DNA from: a virus
Length of the DNA stretch: 36,877 nt
IMG/VR virus record: IMGVR_UViG_3300024517_000004
Reading direction: 5' to 3' (one strand)
In this document: in pieces, positions 32,803 through 36,877 of the stretch
Layout of the letters: each line of letters begins with the position of its first letter
Numbering within the stretch: position 1 is the first letter of the stretch
Program-made: the position numbers and the translations under genes
The notes under the pieces: model-generated
The model's database searches: none
Told to the model about the DNA's origin: nothing
The model's input: only the letters and a program-made list of their open reading frames with translations

Positions 32803-34009
32803 ACCACTCCTTATTGTCTTTTAAATTAATATTATCAATCATTGTACGCTCTAAATAAAATGCTTCGTCTTGATACCAGTTTTCATTATCCTCCAATTCT
32901 ACAGTATCGTAGAGCGATTGTCCGATATAACTACTAAAGTTTGCATTATCAATTAAGGCTAATTGTAAGGCATCCTGATTAATGTTTTGGATGATATTAA
33001 GTGTGGAAATTACTTGGTCAATATTAACAACATTATTTGATGTCTTCTTTTCTACTTTAGTAGTTGTCTTACTAGTAGATGCTACAACTACTTTCTTAAC
33101 CTTTTTCTTTGGCTGAACAGTAGTGGTTTTAGTAACTACAACTTTAGCAGGTGTTTCTTTAACTTCTATTGTTACTTCTTCAGTAGTAGTTTCTTCACTA
33201 CTTTCTTCCTCAGTTGTTTCTTCCTCAGTTGTTTCCTCTGTTTCTTCCTCAGATGTTTCCTCAGATACTTCTTCTACGACTTCTTCATCTTCCATTGCAT
33301 CAGATATTACATCAGCAATAGTTATCTCATCTAAGGCTACTCCTACTTCGTCTAAGGCTATTAAATCATTTATTATCTCTTCTATTACTTCTGGAATTAG
33401 AATTATCTCAGAGTAATCATAAGTAATAGACATATTAGCAAACCTAATGCCATCGGTATTGTTCTGATAATCTATACCACCTATTGTCATCATTACAGAA
33501 GATATATCGGGTATGAATGAATCATTATAAGTACCGTTTAATGAATGCCAATCACCATCGCCCCAAGTTCCTGTAAATGTTCCTAACCCATCTGATGCAA
33601 TTACACTACCATCAGTATTCATAAAATCAATATCTATAGTAATAGAATCTGCCCCTGCTGTTTGACCAACCCCACCATTTGGAGCATAAGAACCTTCACT
33701 TACGTCTAAATACCAATTAACAGCATCTAGTTGGTAGCCATCAGGTATAGCCTCTATTCCTGTAGTTGCACTAGCCATATTATCTTCTACATTACTACCC
33801 GCATAGATGATGCCACCACCGTTGTACTTGTCATTGTCTATATAGATATGCATGTGAATATCAGGGAACTGATACGGACAAATATTAAACTCACACTCAG
33901 TCGCACCTTGTGTGCTATTGTCTAACTGATTATCTGTTGTGAGTGCATTAACTAGGCTCGTTCCAGTTATGCTCAGAATCATGAGACTTATCATTACTCT
34001 CAATAGCAT
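32777..34009 (-). CDS. Secreted protein (410 aa from ATG 34009) with an E/T-rich then K-rich linker
   Basis: GGAGGttgaggATG gives the SD. Signal-like N-terminus: MLLRVMISLMILSITGTSLVNA. A beta-rich domain is followed by EEVVEEVSEETSEEETEETTEEETTEEESSEETTTEE, then KKKVKKVVV... The start lies 62 nt inside the upstream gene. Confidence 0.6.
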   Translation of the reverse strand: MLLRVMISLMILSITGTSLVNALTTDNQLDNSTQGATECEFNICPYQFPDIHMHIYIDNDKYNGGGIIYAGSNVEDNMASATTGIEAIPDGYQLDAVNWYLDVSEGSYAPNGGVGQTAGADSITIDIDFMNTDGSVIASDGLGTFTGTWGDGDWHSLNGTYNDSFIPDISSVMMTIGGIDYQNNTDGIRFANMSITYDYSEIILIPEVIEEIINDLIALDEVGVALDEITIADVISDAMEDEEVVEEVSEETSEEETEETTEEETTEEESSEETTTEEVTIEVKETPAKVVVTKTTTVQPKKKVKKVVVASTSKTTTKVEKKTSNNVVNIDQVISTLNIIQNINQDALQLALIDNANFSSYIGQSLYDTVELEDNENWYQDEAFYLERTMIDNINLKDNKEWYGSNTEFY

Positions 34010-34526
34010 CCTCAACCTCCGTAACTAATGTACCGTCTTCGTTAATATAACCTGCGTCAATAAGTATTCTTTTGTTATCTAGGTATTCCTTAAAGTCAGG
34101 ACGTAATTCAGGGTATGAGTTCCAAAACTTTGCGGCTTCTTTACCTATCTGTCCTTTTGCTGGGCAAGGCGTTCCCGACATAATCATCGCTTGGAACACT
34201 CTTGGGTCTTGACATAATAATGCAACACTTGCTACCTTCATGCCACTCTTTCGTAGTTCTCGGCTAAGTTTAAGTCGCTCACAATTAACATCTACAAATG
34301 TAGTGCCAAGCGACAATCCTAAAACACTTGTCTGCGCTCCTGTGCTAAAGCCCGAGACACAAACGTCAGAGTTTGATACAGATATACTGGGCGCTCTTGC
34401 TCCCGGTGGGGCTTGATTAGCGTGTTCTACTGTTGATTTAGAAGTAGAAGTAACTGTACTTGTTGTTGTATTATCGGCAGAATAAGAGTTCAACGCTACC
34501 AAAAGTAGCACAAGTAATTTTTTCAT
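33948..34526 (-). CDS. Secreted 4-Cys protein (192 aa from ATG 34526)
   Basis: ATG 34526 is 1 nt after the upstream stop (34528-34530). Signal: MKKLLVLLLVALNSYSA. The mature part has 4 Cys (DVCVS, VNCER, LLCQD, TPCPA). No family recognised. Confidence 0.6.
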   Translation of the reverse strand: MKKLLVLLLVALNSYSADNTTTSTVTSTSKSTVEHANQAPPGARAPSISVSNSDVCVSGFSTGAQTSVLGLSLGTTFVDVNCERLKLSRELRKSGMKVASVALLCQDPRVFQAMIMSGTPCPAKGQIGKEAAKFWNSYPELRPDFKEYLDNKRILIDAGYINEDGTLVTEVEDAIESNDKSHDSEHNWNEPS

Positions 34527-34527
34527 C

Positions 34528-34956
34528 TTATGACTTAGCCAACTGCGACCCAAAATAAAACTCAACGACTAGGGTCGTCCAAGCAAATACTTCATCTAAT
34601 TTTAACATTCCCTTGACTGTCACATATTCGATTTGGTCAGGTGAAATTGTAAAGCCTAAAAAATTTGTTCCTTTTATTATTGTTGGTATAACTGTGGGAA
34701 CATCTAAGAATACTGGTGCTACCTGAGTAAATACTATAATGCCAAGGAGTACGAATATAATCACTCGTCTATTAAGGGCTGCCCAAGGAGATTCTTTCTC
34801 TGAAAAAGACCTAGCGGAGTCAATTTCACCTGCTCTAGCATTTAAGGCTTGAAGTTGTAACTTCTGCATATCACTAGAGGCTTTAGATTTTATCGCTACG
34901 AGTTTCATCAAGAAACCCATAATAATAGGTGCAACACTTGTGAGCAAGGTTATCAT
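34528..34956 (-). CDS. Holin-like membrane protein (142 aa from ATG 34956)
   Basis: Two strong hydrophobic helices are present (ITLLTSVAPIIMGFLMKLVAI; VIIFVLLGIIVFTQVAPVFL). ATG 34956 forms an ATGA overlap with the stop of the 40-aa ORF. The track start 34980 is a TTG. Confidence 0.5.
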   Translation of the reverse strand: MITLLTSVAPIIMGFLMKLVAIKSKASSDMQKLQLQALNARAGEIDSARSFSEKESPWAALNRRVIIFVLLGIIVFTQVAPVFLDVPTVIPTIIKGTNFLGFTISPDQIEYVTVKGMLKLDEVFAWTTLVVEFYFGSQLAKS

Positions 34957-35075
34957 TGCGATTTCTTCTGCATTAGCCAACCATCAAGTCTAGCGAATAT
35001 TTTATAGTAAACACTGCATAGTCGGTTTATTAGTGTATCTTTTGTGTACTGACCTTTTGAATTTCTAAACGACAT
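34953..35075 (-). CDS. Small basic protein (40 aa), not in the ORF track
   Basis: Hand-translated as MSFRNSKGQYTKDTLINRLCSVYYKIFARLDGWLMQKKSQ*. The strong SD GAGGGGGG lies 4 nt before ATG 35075, and the stop is coupled (ATGA) to the next gene. Confidence 0.55.
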   Translation of the reverse strand: MSFRNSKGQYTKDTLINRLCSVYYKIFARLDGWLMQKKSQ

Positions 35076-35090
35076 ATTCCCCCCTCATTT

Positions 35091-35336
35091 CTATTTCTTG
35101 CTTAACTCCCTCACTATTCCATAGATGTCTTCTAATCTAGCCTTTACTTCTTGAATTTCATCTTTGTAATCTTCCTTTAACACATATACTCTAGGCAACT
35201 CTGCTTGACAAGAGGTCATATTATTTTCTAATTGTTTAATATCTGAAGATACTTGAGACAGGTAATATCCTATCATCATCACAAATAATCCTAAACCCCA
35301 TAAAAACACCTGCGTCATTTCCATTATGTATTCCAT
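35091..35336 (-). CDS. Single-pass membrane protein with coiled-coil domain (81 aa), holin/spanin-like
   Basis: TM segment: VFLWGLGLFVMMIGYYL. It is followed by a charged helical region (IKQLENN..EIQEVKARLEDIYGIVRELSKK). Confidence 0.5.
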   Translation of the reverse strand: MEYIMEMTQVFLWGLGLFVMMIGYYLSQVSSDIKQLENNMTSCQAELPRVYVLKEDYKDEIQEVKARLEDIYGIVRELSKK

Positions 35337-35355
35337 TTAGTTTCTGGTGGCATCT

Positions 35356-35967
35356 TTAATCCTTAGTTAGTGATACGAATGCTGGGTCTACTTCATCATT
35401 TGGATTAGCAGTCCAATGTAGACACATATTAATCTCTCTGTTGGAAGTATCTGTTTCATCACCATAAGTTTCAGTACCATCTTCGGCAGTGTGTTTAACC
35501 TTTCTTACCTCTGTGAATGGTGTGTTCTCATACAGTATTACATCATCTAAAGTAACTAAAGCATTTATCTCTGCTTCCTTGGTTGCTTGTTCTGTATAGA
35601 TAGTATCAGCGTATGTTTGAATGTCTGCTGGTACAGCCTTACCACCTTTAGATGCTCTTGCCCAGTACCAATCTATTCCACCTTGGATACTGGATACTTG
35701 AGAGTTGATAGTACCTAACATACCTTCTTTAAGAGTATCTACATCTCTATCAGTAGTTGTATAAGTACCTATAGCCTCATCACCAGAGTCATCTACTGTA
35801 AGTTGACCTGTATGGTAGTATCTTTGGTCTACCCTAACCTCACTATATGGTTTAACACCTAACGAGGAGAGTAAGTCAGCATCTCTAAAGATAGCCGAGG
35901 GGTATGTCACACCATCTACCGTTAGGCTCTTGGGTGTCTTTATTATTGTTGCGTTGTAATACCACAT
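35356..35967 (-). CDS. Hypothetical protein (203 aa), possibly a fibre assembly/accessory protein
   Basis: It lies directly downstream of the large fibre gene. The middle ..VDTLKEGMLGTINSQVSSIQGGIDWYWARASKGGKAVPADIQTYADTIYTEQATKEAEINALVTLDDV resembles C-terminal segments of fibre-assembly-type proteins. The recollection is weak. Confidence 0.3.
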   Translation of the reverse strand: MWYYNATIIKTPKSLTVDGVTYPSAIFRDADLLSSLGVKPYSEVRVDQRYYHTGQLTVDDSGDEAIGTYTTTDRDVDTLKEGMLGTINSQVSSIQGGIDWYWARASKGGKAVPADIQTYADTIYTEQATKEAEINALVTLDDVILYENTPFTEVRKVKHTAEDGTETYGDETDTSNREINMCLHWTANPNDEVDPAFVSLTKD

Positions 35968-35979
35968 TGTTTGCTCCTG

Positions 35980-36823
35980 TTATCTTGCGTTAGAATGTTT
36001 AAAAGGTTGCTCTGCGAAGGCTATGTATATATATGTACCTACACTTGAGTTATGAGAACCATCTGTATTAACAGCCTTAAATCCATTAGATAGCATATCT
36101 ATATTAGCATCGGTAGTTAATTCTGTAGTAGATGAGTTGGACTGTAATCTCTTAACCGTTGGGTTGTATGTATCTCTAGCATTGTCAAATATAGGTGAAC
36201 CTTGTCCAGTTAAGTTACTCGCTTTAATTAATACATAAGCGGGTCTAAATCCTGTATAGATAAATGGTCCATCAGCATTAGCATTACCACTATATGAGCC
36301 TACCTTCGAGTAGCCATCTACAGAGTGGAAGCAGTATGCTATGTAGTCCTGTCCGCTAGTGTTTATCTGCCCATAAGAACTTGTGAATACTGTTGGTGTT
36401 GGGGAAGTAGAGTTCCAAAATAAAGAACCATCTGTATTTTTAGCACCAGTTAAGTTGAGCCAAAGATTGTAAGTATTACCGATACTCTCGTGATACACAA
36501 CCCAGTTACGGTCTGACTCTGTTCTACTCTTGATAATGACCATTTCAGGTGCTTTACTTAAACCGTGTCCAACAGTCGGTCCACTAGTTCCTCCATCGCC
36601 AGTATAACCAACAATACTGAACCCAGCATCTGCATTAGCACTTACTGTTGATGTGATACTACCGCTAGTGTTAGATGCTCCACTACCGTTTGCTTTCCAG
36701 TTCCAAGCAACGAAAGTGTCGGTATTTGCATTAACTCTGCTAGTTCCTGAAAGAGTAAAACCATCAGATTGTAAAGATACACTCTCATAGTCTGCTTCAA
36801 CGGCAGTAGTATCAGAAAACAAA
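35980..36823 (-). CDS. Tail fibre / receptor-binding protein, 3' portion of the wrap-around ORF (see 1..1517)
   Basis: The track ORF 35980..36822 'starts' at a TTG only because the window ends. Upstream codons (GGC ACA GGT GAT) continue in frame into the terminal repeat. It contains two more copies of the Y(T/S)G(D/N)..IK module (FSIVGYTGDGGTSGPTVGHGLSKAPEMVIIKSRT; VGSYSGNANADGPFIYTGFRPAYVLIKASN). Confidence 0.85.
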
Positions 36824-36877
36824 TCACCTGTGCCTCTTAATACATCATTAAGAACGTTGTTGTAACCTGTACTTCTA
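36824..36877. repeat. Terminal exact repeat, copy 2 (identical to 1..54)
   Basis: Base-by-base comparison with 1..54 gives 54/54 identical. Confidence 0.95.

Noticed and set aside
1-36877. CRISPR array, transposase/IS element, integrase/att sites, tRNA genes
   Set aside because: I looked for spaced identical repeats, inverted terminal repeats and recombinase motifs. The only multi-copy elements are the promoter/leader cassettes, the two hairpin modules and the short intragenic repeats listed above.

Overview
The window is a whole, closed dsDNA phage genome. Bases 1-54 are repeated exactly at 36824-36877, giving a unique length of 36,823 bp, and one tail-fibre ORF reads straight through that join. 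I see no sheath, tail tube or tape-measure genes, so it looks podovirus-like.

Layout:
- Rightward early region, about 25.5-31.0 kb, + strand. It has three sigma70-like promoter/leader cassettes and two copies of a conserved GC-rich hairpin module. Genes include an ArdC-N-like and a DUF3846-like gene, several small acidic proteins, a wHTH protein, a Rad52-like annealase and SSB.
- One leftward block of about 31 kb, - strand, which wraps the contig ends. In transcription order it reads: lambda O/P-like replication genes (with iteron-like repeats inside the initiator gene), a small HTH gene with a leaderless-type promoter, VRR-NUC, YbcO-like, NinB-like, TerS, TerL, a 1617-aa polyvalent-type protein, adaptor/tail proteins, four internal-virion-type proteins, portal, scaffold, major capsid and two tail fibres. 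It ends with a ~3 kb cluster of exported/membrane proteins that has no recognisable endolysin, followed by an HTH-Mre11/SbcD-like phosphoesterase.

Stop/start overlaps (ATGA, TAATG) are pervasive. I found no integrase, repressor-type immunity region, DNA or RNA polymerase, tRNA, CRISPR array or transposase.

Functional calls come from motif recognition by eye, not from searches. Coordinates of refined starts were checked by hand. The host is unknown; sigma70-type promoters, strong GGAG Shine-Dalgarno (SD) sites and lambdoid nin-like genes suggest a proteobacterium, which is inference.
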